A stretch of 64,000 bases of DNA from Gammaproteobacteria bacterium (GTDB taxonomy: Bacteria > Pseudomonadota > Gammaproteobacteria > Steroidobacterales > Rariloculaceae), in the NCBI GenBank assembly GCA_022820625.1, contig JAJEFE010000111.1, forward strand, positions 2,319-66,318, in the 5' to 3' direction. The notes beneath the pieces were generated by a model, which saw only the letters and a list, made by a program, of their open reading frames with translations, did no database searches and was not told where the DNA came from. How positions within the stretch are numbered: position 1 is the first letter of the stretch; the number at the start of each line of letters is the position of its first letter. A program made the translations under genes and the position numbers. Of the stretch, positions 37,217 through 46,066 are shown piece after piece.

Positions 37217-38995
37217 ATGGGTGAGCGACAAAACGCACGCGCAGGACGGCTTGTCGCGCCAGTCCTTGTGCCGGTTCCGGTCCTCGCGACCCTGTCGGTT
37301 TTCATCGCCCTGTCGGTGCCGGTTTCCGCCTGGGGGCAGTCGCCGGAAGTAGCTGATCGCCCCAACATCCTCTGGCTGGTCGCCGAGGACATGAGCCCCA
37401 ACCTCGCCTCGTTCGGGGACCCGACCGTTTCGACGCCCAACCTCGACCGGCTTGCGGCCGAGGGCGTGCGCTACATCAACGTGTTCTCAGTTTCCGGGGT
37501 CTGCTCCCCCAGCCGGGCCGCGCTGGCGACGGGAATGTATCCCACCAGCATCGGCGCCCACCACATGCGTACCACTTACCAGCAACCCGAAGCCAGGGAA
37601 ATGGGCATTATCGACTACGAGGTCGTTCCGCCGCCCCACGTCAGGATGGTCAGCGAGATCATGCGCGAGCACGGCTACTACGCGAGCAACAATTCCAAGG
37701 AGGACTACCAGTTCCACCCGTCATTGATGGCCTGGGACGAAACCAGCCTGTTCGCCCATTGGCGCAACCGGCCCGAAGGCAAGCCGTTTTTCTCGGTATT
37801 CAACTTCGGCGTGACGCACGAGGGCCAGATCTGGAACCCGGCGACGACATGGAATCTTCGCTACGGCCGGGAGGTGTTTCCGCCGGACAGGAACCAGGAG
37901 TTGGTGTGGATACCCTTCCCTCCGGGCGTGGAAAAGGATTTGTACATTCCCGCGGATCTCCAGGTCCCCGTGCCCCCCTACCTGCCCGACACGCCGCCCG
38001 TCATCAAGGACATCCGCCGGATGTATTCCAATATCGTGGAGATGGACAGCTACGTCGGGGTCGTGCTGAACCAGTTGGAAGAAGACGGATTGTTCGACGA
38101 AACCATCATCGTCTGGTACACCGACCACGGCGGTCCGCTGCCGCGCCAGAAGCGGCTGCTTTACGACTCGGGCCTGCGCGTGCCGATGATCGTACGCTAT
38201 CCCGGCCGGGAGCGCGCCGGCGAGGTGGACGACCGGCTGATCAGTTTCGTCGATTTCGCGCCGACGTTGCTGTCGCAGGCGGGCATCCCGGCTCCCGGCT
38301 ACATGCAGGGCAGGGCATTCGACGGCGAATACGCGGAGGAGGGCGAACGCCCCTACATCTTCGCCGCGGCCGACCGCTTCGACGGCCACTACGACACGAT
38401 CCGGGCGGCACGGGACAAGCGGTACAAGTACCTGAGGAATTTTCAGCCCGAGCGCGGCTACTACCTGCCCCTGGATTATCGGGAACAAATGGCGACCATG
38501 CAGGAACTGTTGAGGCTGAGGGGCGCCGGCGAGCTGAACGAAATCCAGTCTCAGTGGTTTCGCTCGTCCAAACCCGAAGAGGAGTTCTTCGACACCTGGA
38601 ACGACCCGCATGAGTTTAACAACATAGCCGACGACCCGGTCCATGCCGAGCGACTGGCCGAATTTCGCCATGCCCTGCAGTTATGGATGGACGATGTCGG
38701 CGACATGGGCTTTATTCCCGAGACCGACTTGATCGACCAGTTCTGGCCCGGCAGTCAACAACCGGTCACGGCTGACCCTAGTGTTGAAAGCGCCGGCTCG
38801 GAAGTGACGATCTCCAGCGCCACGGAAGGCGCCTCCATCGGGTATCGGGGTCAGGGTCAGGGTGAAGCCGCACCCTGGTCAGGCTGGCATTTATACTCCG
38901 TACCTCTGCGCCTCGAGCCAGGCGAGCGAATCGAAGTGGTGGCCCATCGCATCGGCTATGCCCCCAGCGAGACAGTGACCTACACGCATCGTTGA
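37217..38995 (+). CDS. Sulfatase (Cys-type, canonical CSPSR) with a C-terminal extra domain
   Basis: PNILWLVAEDMSP, VSGVCSPSRAALATGMYP, WYTDHGGPLPRQK. Signal peptide after the ATG at 37217. Confidence 0.85.
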   Translation: MGERQNARAGRLVAPVLVPVPVLATLSVFIALSVPVSAWGQSPEVADRPNILWLVAEDMSPNLASFGDPTVSTPNLDRLAAEGVRYINVFSVSGVCSPSRAALATGMYPTSIGAHHMRTTYQQPEAREMGIIDYEVVPPPHVRMVSEIMREHGYYASNNSKEDYQFHPSLMAWDETSLFAHWRNRPEGKPFFSVFNFGVTHEGQIWNPATTWNLRYGREVFPPDRNQELVWIPFPPGVEKDLYIPADLQVPVPPYLPDTPPVIKDIRRMYSNIVEMDSYVGVVLNQLEEDGLFDETIIVWYTDHGGPLPRQKRLLYDSGLRVPMIVRYPGRERAGEVDDRLISFVDFAPTLLSQAGIPAPGYMQGRAFDGEYAEEGERPYIFAAADRFDGHYDTIRAARDKRYKYLRNFQPERGYYLPLDYREQMATMQELLRLRGAGELNEIQSQWFRSSKPEEEFFDTWNDPHEFNNIADDPVHAERLAEFRHALQLWMDDVGDMGFIPETDLIDQFWPGSQQPVTADPSVESAGSEVTISSATEGASIGYRGQGQGEAAPWSGWHLYSVPLRLEPGERIEVVAHRIGYAPSETVTYTHR

Positions 38996-39034
38996 GTGGC
39001 CGCACCGCTGTGTTGTTTGCGGGCCACACTATTG

Positions 39035-39066
39035 CGCATACGCATGCAAATATGAATACGTATGCA
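39035..39066. promoter_or_regulatory. Tandem LacI-type operator candidates CGCATACGCATGCA (39035..39048) and TGAATACGTATGCA (39053..39066)
   Basis: Both are CG-centred 14-mers. The second is a 6/7 palindrome (TGAATAC / TGCATAC) and fits the general LacI-family pattern TGnAAnCGnTTnCA apart from a symmetric A/T swap. They lie 76-107 nt upstream of the receptor start, and a TATAAT occurs at 39095..39100. Confidence 0.45.
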
Positions 39067-39141
39067 GGCTACACGCTGGCGGGACGCTTGAGCCTATAAT
39101 TCCGGAGATACCTCATCACGGCATAACATCGGGAGTGCAAA

Positions 39142-41925
39142 ATGGCGCGAAGCAAGAGGTCGAAGGCTCGGAATACGTCCAGGCGGGAGGACTTCCCACT
39201 CAGATTCAGCCCGCTTTCGCTGGCGGTGGCAACCGCCGTGGGCTCGATGGCCGGGCACGTCATGGCGCAGGAATCCGAGGACGCAGAGGCGGCAGAGGAC
39301 GAGCAGGTCATCGAAGAGGTGGTCGTGACCGGGTTTCGCCAAAGCCTCCAAAATGCCATGGAACTCAAACGAGACAACGAGCTGATTGTCGAGGCGATAT
39401 CTGCCGAAGACATCGGCAAGCTCCCTGACAATAGTATCGCGGAGGCGCTGACGCGGCTGACCGGCCTGGCCGGACAGCGTCTGAACGGACGTCAGCAGTA
39501 CATCAGTATTCGCGGACTATCACCGGACTTCTCCACCGCACTGCTGAACGGCCGCCAGCAGGTCAGTTCCGGCGACAACCGCGGTGTCGAATTCGACCAG
39601 TATCCGTCCGAGTTACTCAGCGGCGTTGTGGTCTACAAGACGCCCGGGGCGGCGCTGACCGGGCAGGGCCTGGCCGGTACGGTGGATATGCGTACCATCA
39701 GCCCGCTGGAATACGGCGAGCGTACCTTTGCAGCGAACATCCGCAACGAATGGAACTCGGTCAGCGCACTCAACCATGACGCTGACGACAGCGGCCTGCG
39801 TTACAGTCTGTCGTACATCGACCAGCTCGGGGACGGAAATGTCGGCCTGGCGATCGGATATTCACACATCGCCTCGCCAAGCCAGCGGCAGGTCATCGAT
39901 TTCTGGAACTATCGCAACTATGGGCCTGTTGGCGGTGCCCGGCTCGTTGACGGTTTCAACGCCAAGGCGCAGTCGGGAGAGCTGGAGCGAGACGGCGTCA
40001 TGGCCGTGATCGAGTTTCAACCTAATGACCGAGTTTCATCCACGGTCGATGTCTATCGGTCGAAATTCAATGAACTGGCGTTGTCGCGACAGTACTCGGC
40101 TCCTCTGTATCCACCGTGGAACAATACAACGCTCACCAACACCGAGGTCAATGACGGACTTGTTACGAGAGGCACGTACGGTGATGTCAAGGCGGTTTTA
40201 GGCAACAATCTTGAAGGTCGCGCAGCCGACCTGTGGGCTGCGGGCTGGAATCTCGAGTGGGATGTGGGTGACTCGTGGGCGGCTACCGTCGATATCAGCC
40301 ATTCGGCGATTGATCGTGAGGATACCAATCTTGCGTTGAACAGCGGGACCGGCCCGAACGGCCAGGGCGCCCTCGACACGCTCGAATTCAATCTGGGGGC
40401 GCATGCTCCGAACTTCTCCGCTGCCCTCGACTACAGTTCTCCCGGTGCGACCGTACTCACCAGCCCAAAGGGTTGGGGGCATCCGGTTGTCAACGGCGGC
40501 CAGGTGGGTTACGACAACCGGCCGTCGATCGACGACGAGCTGACCCAGATCAGGCTGAGCGCCGAGCGCTACATGGACGGTCCGATCAGCAGCGTCGACT
40601 TCGGCGTGCAGTTAGACAGTCGTACCAAGTCCAGAGTGAACAGCAACCAGGGATTCGTGAGTCTGGCCTCCGGCGAACTCAGCGAGAGTTTCACTCCTAC
40701 AGGCGAGGTCCATGTCGCGTTCGGTCTCCCGGCCATCGCTACGGTAGACCCAGGCGCCTTGTTCGACGGGGGAGTGTATGATCGGGTGGACCACTTCGGA
40801 GGCGGCGTGCATGCCAATGACTGGACCGTGGACGAAGATGTCACTGTGGCCTATGCACAGTTCAATCTCGATACGAATGTCGGCAATACTCCGCTGACAG
40901 GTAACTTCGGCCTCCAGGTCGTTCGAACCGACCAGAGTTCGGTCGGCACGGCCGGACTCGGAGGGTGGCCTCCACCGCCCTCCAGGGAAGAAGCCACCTC
41001 TCTGCGGCAGCTTTCGGAAGGCACAAGCTACACCGATTACCTGCCGAGCCTAAATCTCAACTTCCTGGTCGCCGACGGCCAGTTTGTCCGTCTCGGTGTG
41101 GCGCGCACGCTGGCCCGGGCCCGGATGGACGAAATGCGGGCTGGCCGGCGTGTCAATTTTCGCCCGTGGTTGGCCAGTTCCACGGACGTGAGCAACTCAG
41201 CGTGGATCGCCGACGGCGGCAATCCAGAACTAAAGCCGTGGGTAGCCGACTCCATCGACTTGTCCTACGAGCTGTATTTCCCGGATGGGATGGGATACTT
41301 CGCTGTTGCGGCATTCTACAAGGAACTCAATACGTACATTTACGACGAGAGCGTCCCCATCAGTTTCTCGGGCTATTCGACCGGCGGTGTGACGCCCGCG
41401 CTGATGACTGGGCTGTTCACCCGACCGGTGAATGGCGACGGCGGGGAGCTGTCGGGTTTCGAACTCTCTCTACAGGTGAGCGGTGACGTGTTGTCCCCTG
41501 CACTTTCGGCGTTTGGGGCAGTACTCAATGCGTCGTTCACCGACAGCGAGATCGAGCGCGGTACGGGCGATCCATCAACGCCGTTGCCGGGGCTGTCCGA
41601 GAATGTCAGGAACCTGACCCTGTTTTACGAACAGGGTGGCTTTTCCGCGCGAGTCAGCCACAACTACCGGTCGGACTTCCTGGGCGAAGTGCAGGGATTC
41701 GGCGCCTCGCGAACACTGCGTTTCATCAGCGAGGAAAACCTGGTAAACGCTCAGTTGAGCTACAGCTTTGAAGGCGGACATTTGGATGGTGTGACGCTGT
41801 ACTTGCAGGGAACCAACCTGACCGACGAACCCTTCAGCGGTTTCCTTAACAACGACCCGCGGCAGGTCAAGGACTGGCAGGAGTTTGGTTCGACTTACTT
41901 CTTCGGCGGTTCATACCGGTACTGA
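39142..41925 (+). CDS. TonB-dependent outer-membrane receptor (glycan-uptake type)
   Basis: Signal peptide. Plug motifs EEVVVTGFRQSL, ISAEDIGKLPDNSIAEALTRLTGL, ISIRGLSPDFS. Long beta-barrel ending ...YFFGGSYRY. 927 aa. Confidence 0.9.
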   Translation: MARSKRSKARNTSRREDFPLRFSPLSLAVATAVGSMAGHVMAQESEDAEAAEDEQVIEEVVVTGFRQSLQNAMELKRDNELIVEAISAEDIGKLPDNSIAEALTRLTGLAGQRLNGRQQYISIRGLSPDFSTALLNGRQQVSSGDNRGVEFDQYPSELLSGVVVYKTPGAALTGQGLAGTVDMRTISPLEYGERTFAANIRNEWNSVSALNHDADDSGLRYSLSYIDQLGDGNVGLAIGYSHIASPSQRQVIDFWNYRNYGPVGGARLVDGFNAKAQSGELERDGVMAVIEFQPNDRVSSTVDVYRSKFNELALSRQYSAPLYPPWNNTTLTNTEVNDGLVTRGTYGDVKAVLGNNLEGRAADLWAAGWNLEWDVGDSWAATVDISHSAIDREDTNLALNSGTGPNGQGALDTLEFNLGAHAPNFSAALDYSSPGATVLTSPKGWGHPVVNGGQVGYDNRPSIDDELTQIRLSAERYMDGPISSVDFGVQLDSRTKSRVNSNQGFVSLASGELSESFTPTGEVHVAFGLPAIATVDPGALFDGGVYDRVDHFGGGVHANDWTVDEDVTVAYAQFNLDTNVGNTPLTGNFGLQVVRTDQSSVGTAGLGGWPPPPSREEATSLRQLSEGTSYTDYLPSLNLNFLVADGQFVRLGVARTLARARMDEMRAGRRVNFRPWLASSTDVSNSAWIADGGNPELKPWVADSIDLSYELYFPDGMGYFAVAAFYKELNTYIYDESVPISFSGYSTGGVTPALMTGLFTRPVNGDGGELSGFELSLQVSGDVLSPALSAFGAVLNASFTDSEIERGTGDPSTPLPGLSENVRNLTLFYEQGGFSARVSHNYRSDFLGEVQGFGASRTLRFISEENLVNAQLSYSFEGGHLDGVTLYLQGTNLTDEPFSGFLNNDPRQVKDWQEFGSTYFFGGSYRY

Positions 41926-42033
41926 CCGCTTCAGTCGATTCGAGCAGCCCGCTGCTACATTACGTGCGGCAGGATTCAGCGTTGTTCGCGGCGGTACGCA
42001 TGCTCGTGGATTGGCTCGTTAACTTCACGCGTA

Positions 42034-42258
42034 TCAGCTCAGAAACCGGACGATTCCCAACGTGATGGCGGCGTTCGCACCGATGATGCCCAGGGCGACC
42101 CGGTAGAGATCTGCTCTGAGCCCGGCCAGGTCCGTCTTGGTGGCCAATTGCTCGGATTCGAGTTTTCCAACCGTGCGAGCGAGCGCTTCGGCCTGCTTGG
42201 GGTCGAATCCCGCATCCTGCAATTCCTTCGCCGCGTCCAATGTGTTGATCGATGCCAT
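42034..42258 (-). CDS. Small coiled-coil, C-terminally anchored protein (DUF1640-like)
   Basis: 74 aa. LDAAKELQDAGFDPKQAEALARTV...LATKTDLAGLRADL followed by a hydrophobic tail, a pattern recalled for DUF1640 proteins (unverified). Confidence 0.5.
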   Translation of the reverse strand: MASINTLDAAKELQDAGFDPKQAEALARTVGKLESEQLATKTDLAGLRADLYRVALGIIGANAAITLGIVRFLS

Positions 42259-42273
42259 GCGCCGACCCTTTTG

Positions 42274-42678
42274 CTAGGCGCCTGCCCGCAGGACAAGCGC
42301 GCCAACGCGCGTTATCGCCTCAAACTGCGTGTCGAATGTGAGCACGACCGCTCCCGCGCGTACGGCTGTGGCTGCGACCCAAAGGTCGTTGGTTGGTAAC
42401 GGACGACCGCGCTTGCGCAAGTCCGCGAATATCTCGCCGTATATTCTTGCCACGCTTGCGTCCGTGGGCAGGACTTTGACGACCGGGTGCGCGAGAAACT
42501 CGCCGAGTTGAGCCTCGTTCTCGTCGGCACGAGTTCCCGAAAGAAAACCTGCCCACAACTCACCCAGAACAATGCTGGGCACCCCGATCCACTGTGCCCG
42601 ATCGACATGAGCGACCACACGGGGTTCTCCACGCCGGAAATGGCTGTATGCGGAAGTATCCAGGCAATATCGGTTCAT
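42274..42678 (-). CDS. vapC: PIN-domain toxin VapC
   Basis: MNRYCLDTSAYSHF (first acidic PIN residue), VPSIVLGELWAG, PTNDLWVAATA. 4-nt ATGA overlap with the upstream antitoxin gene. The ORF-track start at 42753 is discarded. Confidence 0.8.
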   Translation of the reverse strand: MNRYCLDTSAYSHFRRGEPRVVAHVDRAQWIGVPSIVLGELWAGFLSGTRADENEAQLGEFLAHPVVKVLPTDASVARIYGEIFADLRKRGRPLPTNDLWVAATAVRAGAVVLTFDTQFEAITRVGALVLRAGA

Positions 42679-42923
42679 CGCCAGAGCTCTGTGTCGACCT
42701 CTGCAAACGGCGCTACGGCATCCTCGAACTGCCTGAATTCCTCCTCGTTCCATGTTCCGGCAAGCCGATGCAGCCCGTTGCTGCGGGTGTTGCCGTTTGT
42801 CCCCAGAGATTCCTCGATCAATGCGAGCACGGTGCGATTGAGAGAAAGCCCCCGACGGCGCTTCTCCTCGTTGAGGGCGGCAGCCACTTCCGGCGACACG
42901 TTACGAATGGTCATTGTGTTCAT
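42675..42923 (-). CDS. vapB: Type II antitoxin (ribbon-helix-helix, VapB/FitA-like)
   Basis: MTIRNVSPEVAAALNEEKRRRGLSLNRTVLALIEESL is an RHH-type N-terminus. 82 aa. Directly coupled to vapC. Confidence 0.7.
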   Translation of the reverse strand: MNTMTIRNVSPEVAAALNEEKRRRGLSLNRTVLALIEESLGTNGNTRSNGLHRLAGTWNEEEFRQFEDAVAPFAEVDTELWR

Positions 42924-42947
42924 GTGAATTCCAGGATGCAGTCAGTT

Positions 42948-42959
42948 TATGACATCATA
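42948..42959. promoter_or_regulatory. Palindrome TATGACATCATA upstream of vapB (possible autoregulatory operator)
   Basis: Perfect 5-bp arms around CA, 25 nt upstream of the vapB start in an AT-richer spacer. Confidence 0.3.
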
Positions 42960-43219
42960 TGGTAGCACCTTATTGCATGCTTAATGGAATGCTCTGCAAT
43001 TGAGGGTCTGGAACCGACAATGCGCGCGCTTCCGAGGAAGGTCACTGTCCAGATCGAGCCGCTGGCGAACAAGTCGCGAAACACGGTGAATTGGCAAGAT
43101 TCAAGCGCATCGCCCGACCGGTGCTTGTCGGCAAGCTATACTCAAACTGCCTGATTTCAGAACAGTAAGGAACTCATCGGCATGAAGCACGGTTATCGGT
43201 ACGTCGAGGTGAAACCGGC

Positions 43220-44584
43220 ATGACACGCCTTCCCGCTTTGGTTCCCCTGGTCATCGCTGCCGCTCTTGTCGGAATTTCGGCCGGCGCTCAGGAACAGGGC
43301 CGCCCGAACATCTTGCTCTTCGTCGCCGACGACATGACCTGGAGCGACGCAGGCGCGCTGGGCAATCCGATGGTCCACACTCCGAATCTGGACCGGCTGG
43401 CCCGGGAGGGAACCACCTATACGCACATGTTCACCGCGGCCGCCATGTGCTCGCCGACGCGCCACATGATCTACACCGGACAGTATCCGGTCCGGAGCGG
43501 CGCCTACCCGAACCACGCGCATGCATACGAGGACACAAGGAGCGTCGCGCACTACCTGACGGACCTGGGCTATCGCGTCGGACTGGCGGGCAAGAGGCAT
43601 GTGGCTCCGGAGAGCGTCTATCCATTCGAGAGGGTCGGCGACTGGTCCCTCGACTTCGATCCGATCGGCGAATTCATCGGTCGCGACCCGGAGCAACCCT
43701 TCGCCCTGATGGTCGGTTCGAACGAACCGCATCTGCCGTGGGACAAGGGCGATCCTTCGCGCTACGACGCGACGCAACTGGAGCTGCCGCCCTATTTCGT
43801 CGACACCCCCGAAACCCGGGATGCGCTGACCCGGTACTACGCCGAGATCACCTACATGGACGGCGAACTCGGCCGTATTCTCGACCTGCTCGAACAGCAT
43901 GGCGTGCACGAAAACACGCTGACCATGTTCTACAGCGAGCAGGGGATCGGCGGCCCCTTCGCCAAGTGGTCGCTCTACGATGCGGGCGTCAGGGCATCCC
44001 TCGTCATTCGCTGGATCGATCGGGTACCTGCCGGCAGGACATCGTCCGCCCTGCTCCAGGTCAACGATCTGCTTCCAACCTGGATCGAGGCCGCCGGGGG
44101 GATACCGGCTCCCGAGATCGAAGGACGGAGCATGCTGGATCTGCTCCTTGAGGCAGGCCCGACGCACCGCGACGTCGTTTACGGCATCCAGACCACGACC
44201 GGCATCGTCGCGAACCTGGAACCCTATCCGATTCGGTCGATCCGCGACGAGCGATACAAGCTGATCTGGAACCTGGTTCCAGGCAATCGGTTCACGAACC
44301 TCATCACCGAGGAAGGCAACGGCGGCTTCTACTTCTCCTGGCGCGACCTGGGCGAAACCGACGCCCACGCGAGGGAACTGTTCGAACGCTACCAGCACCG
44401 GCCCGAGTTCGAGTTCTTCGACCTGGAAGCGGACCCTCACGAGATGACGAACCTTGCGGAAATGGCGGAACACCAGGAACGGATCGCCGCCATGCTGGAG
44501 CAGCTACAAGCGTGGATGCGGGATCAGGGCGACCTGGGGCTGCAGACCGAGATCGAGGCGCCGACGCGTCAAGGGTCGCCGTAG
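43220..44584 (+). CDS. Sulfatase (Cys-type, canonical CSPTR)
   Basis: PNILLFVADDMTW, AAAMCSPTRHMIYTGQYP. Signal peptide. GAGG 8 nt before the ATG. Confidence 0.85.
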   Translation: MTRLPALVPLVIAAALVGISAGAQEQGRPNILLFVADDMTWSDAGALGNPMVHTPNLDRLAREGTTYTHMFTAAAMCSPTRHMIYTGQYPVRSGAYPNHAHAYEDTRSVAHYLTDLGYRVGLAGKRHVAPESVYPFERVGDWSLDFDPIGEFIGRDPEQPFALMVGSNEPHLPWDKGDPSRYDATQLELPPYFVDTPETRDALTRYYAEITYMDGELGRILDLLEQHGVHENTLTMFYSEQGIGGPFAKWSLYDAGVRASLVIRWIDRVPAGRTSSALLQVNDLLPTWIEAAGGIPAPEIEGRSMLDLLLEAGPTHRDVVYGIQTTTGIVANLEPYPIRSIRDERYKLIWNLVPGNRFTNLITEEGNGGFYFSWRDLGETDAHARELFERYQHRPEFEFFDLEADPHEMTNLAEMAEHQERIAAMLEQLQAWMRDQGDLGLQTEIEAPTRQGSP

Positions 44585-44656
44585 CCGGGTCGGAAGCGGA
44601 AGGATACGAACGCAGGTCGGCGCCGCAATAGTCCCGGCAAACGGGTGGTTTCGGGA

Positions 44657-46066
44657 CTACTCCGCCTGATACCGGTCCTGCGACAGGTGATGCTGCACCA
44701 CGCCACCGTATGGAAAGCCCGGCGTTTCGGTGCGGGCGGACTCGAACAGCCGGTTCATTCGCTGCACGAGCTCCGGATGATCGTCCGCCACGTCACTCGA
44801 TTCGGAAATATCCTGGTCCAGGTTGTATAGCTCCGTTGGCGAATCGACGCCGTAGCGCACCGCCTTCCATTCGCCCATTCTCGCGGATTGGCGAAATCCC
44901 CCGTCCGGCAGGGTTTGGAACCAGCCGCTCAGTTGAATCTCCCAGTTCAATACTTCGTGTTCCCGCTGCTCTTCGCCCAGCAGGAGCGGCAAAATCGATA
45001 TGCCATCGGTTTGCTCCGGGGTTTCAACGCCGGCTATGTCGGCGAAGGTGGGCATTAGATCCTGAAAGGCGGAGATATGCCCGGTCGTCGTTCCGGCCTC
45101 GACTCGTCCAGGCCAATACGCGATCAGCGGCACCCGAACACCGCCTTCGTACAGGTCTCTCTTCCCGCCCCTGAGTGCTCCATTGCTGTCGAAAAACTCA
45201 AGGTCGTGCCCCCCGGCCGCAAAGTGCGCGCCATTGTCGCTGGTGAACAGCACCAGGGTGTTGTCCAGCACGCCCATCTCCTCGAGCTTGTTCAGCAGGC
45301 GCCCGACCTGTCTGTCGAGCAGCGTGATCTTGGCCGCATGCACTCTTTCGATCTCCGGCCAGCCCCGGTCTGCGTAGAGATCGGTATCACGGAGCGGGCC
45401 TTCGAACGAGTGCGGCGCCCGGTAGGACATGAACAGGAAAAAGGGGCGCTCCCTGTCCATCGCGTCGAGAAATTCGATTGCGAAATCCGTTCGAAAATGG
45501 TCCTTGCCGTCGTATTGACGGTAATCGTAGGGGACGAATTCCTGGTCTCCGTTAACCCATAGCCGTTGCGGGGGAAACTCCCTGCCGCCGAAACGAGCGC
45601 TCCACTGTTCCTGCACGGCATAGTCGAAACCGTGGCCCCAGGCCCAGGTTTCCACGTCATCGGGGTTATCCAGATGCCACTTGCCGACGAAGGCCGTCTG
45701 GTATCCGGCTCCCTTCAACATCTCGCCAAGGGTGAATTCGTCCCTGTCGAGGGCGACGCCTTCCCACCTGTCGTTTCCAAAAAAGCCGGCATTGCCGCGG
45801 ATGGCCACGTTTGCCGCGCTCTTGCCGGTCAGAAGGACCGCTCGCGCCGGGGAGCAGACGGCATTTCCGGCGTAGAAGTCGGTAAACCGCATGCCTTGCG
45901 CCGCCAGCCTGTCCAGTTCCGGCGTCTGGATGACCGTTTGCCCGTACGAGCCGAGTTCGTTATAGCCCAGGTCGTCGGCCAGCAGGAAAACGATATTCGC
46001 CCGCGTCTGCTGGGCCTGTATGCCGACAGAGAGCGGCATAAGAACGAAAAGCAGAATCCAACGCAT
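44657..46066 (-). CDS. Sulfatase (Cys-type, canonical CSPAR)
   Basis: ANIVFLLADDLGYNELG, GNAVCSPARAVLLTGK, GKWHL, FTSDNGAH. The start ATG shares 1 nt with the GH13 stop (TGATG). Confidence 0.85.
   Translation of the reverse strand: MRWILLFVLMPLSVGIQAQQTRANIVFLLADDLGYNELGSYGQTVIQTPELDRLAAQGMRFTDFYAGNAVCSPARAVLLTGKSAANVAIRGNAGFFGNDRWEGVALDRDEFTLGEMLKGAGYQTAFVGKWHLDNPDDVETWAWGHGFDYAVQEQWSARFGGREFPPQRLWVNGDQEFVPYDYRQYDGKDHFRTDFAIEFLDAMDRERPFFLFMSYRAPHSFEGPLRDTDLYADRGWPEIERVHAAKITLLDRQVGRLLNKLEEMGVLDNTLVLFTSDNGAHFAAGGHDLEFFDSNGALRGGKRDLYEGGVRVPLIAYWPGRVEAGTTTGHISAFQDLMPTFADIAGVETPEQTDGISILPLLLGEEQREHEVLNWEIQLSGWFQTLPDGGFRQSARMGEWKAVRYGVDSPTELYNLDQDISESSDVADDHPELVQRMNRLFESARTETPGFPYGGVVQHHLSQDRYQAE

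Noticed and set aside
39000-39141. Possible riboswitch (for example cobalamin) in the leader of the TonB-dependent receptor.
   Set aside because: The leader is only about 100 nt, and I could not recognise any conserved riboswitch core. The palindromes there fit protein operators better.
42986-43190. Small ORF (about 45 codons, MRALPRKVTVQIEPLANKS...) in the AT-richer spacer between vapB and the sulfatase.
   Set aside because: Short, with no RBS, no recognisable family and no coupling to neighbours. The region more likely holds the promoters of vapB and of the sulfatase.
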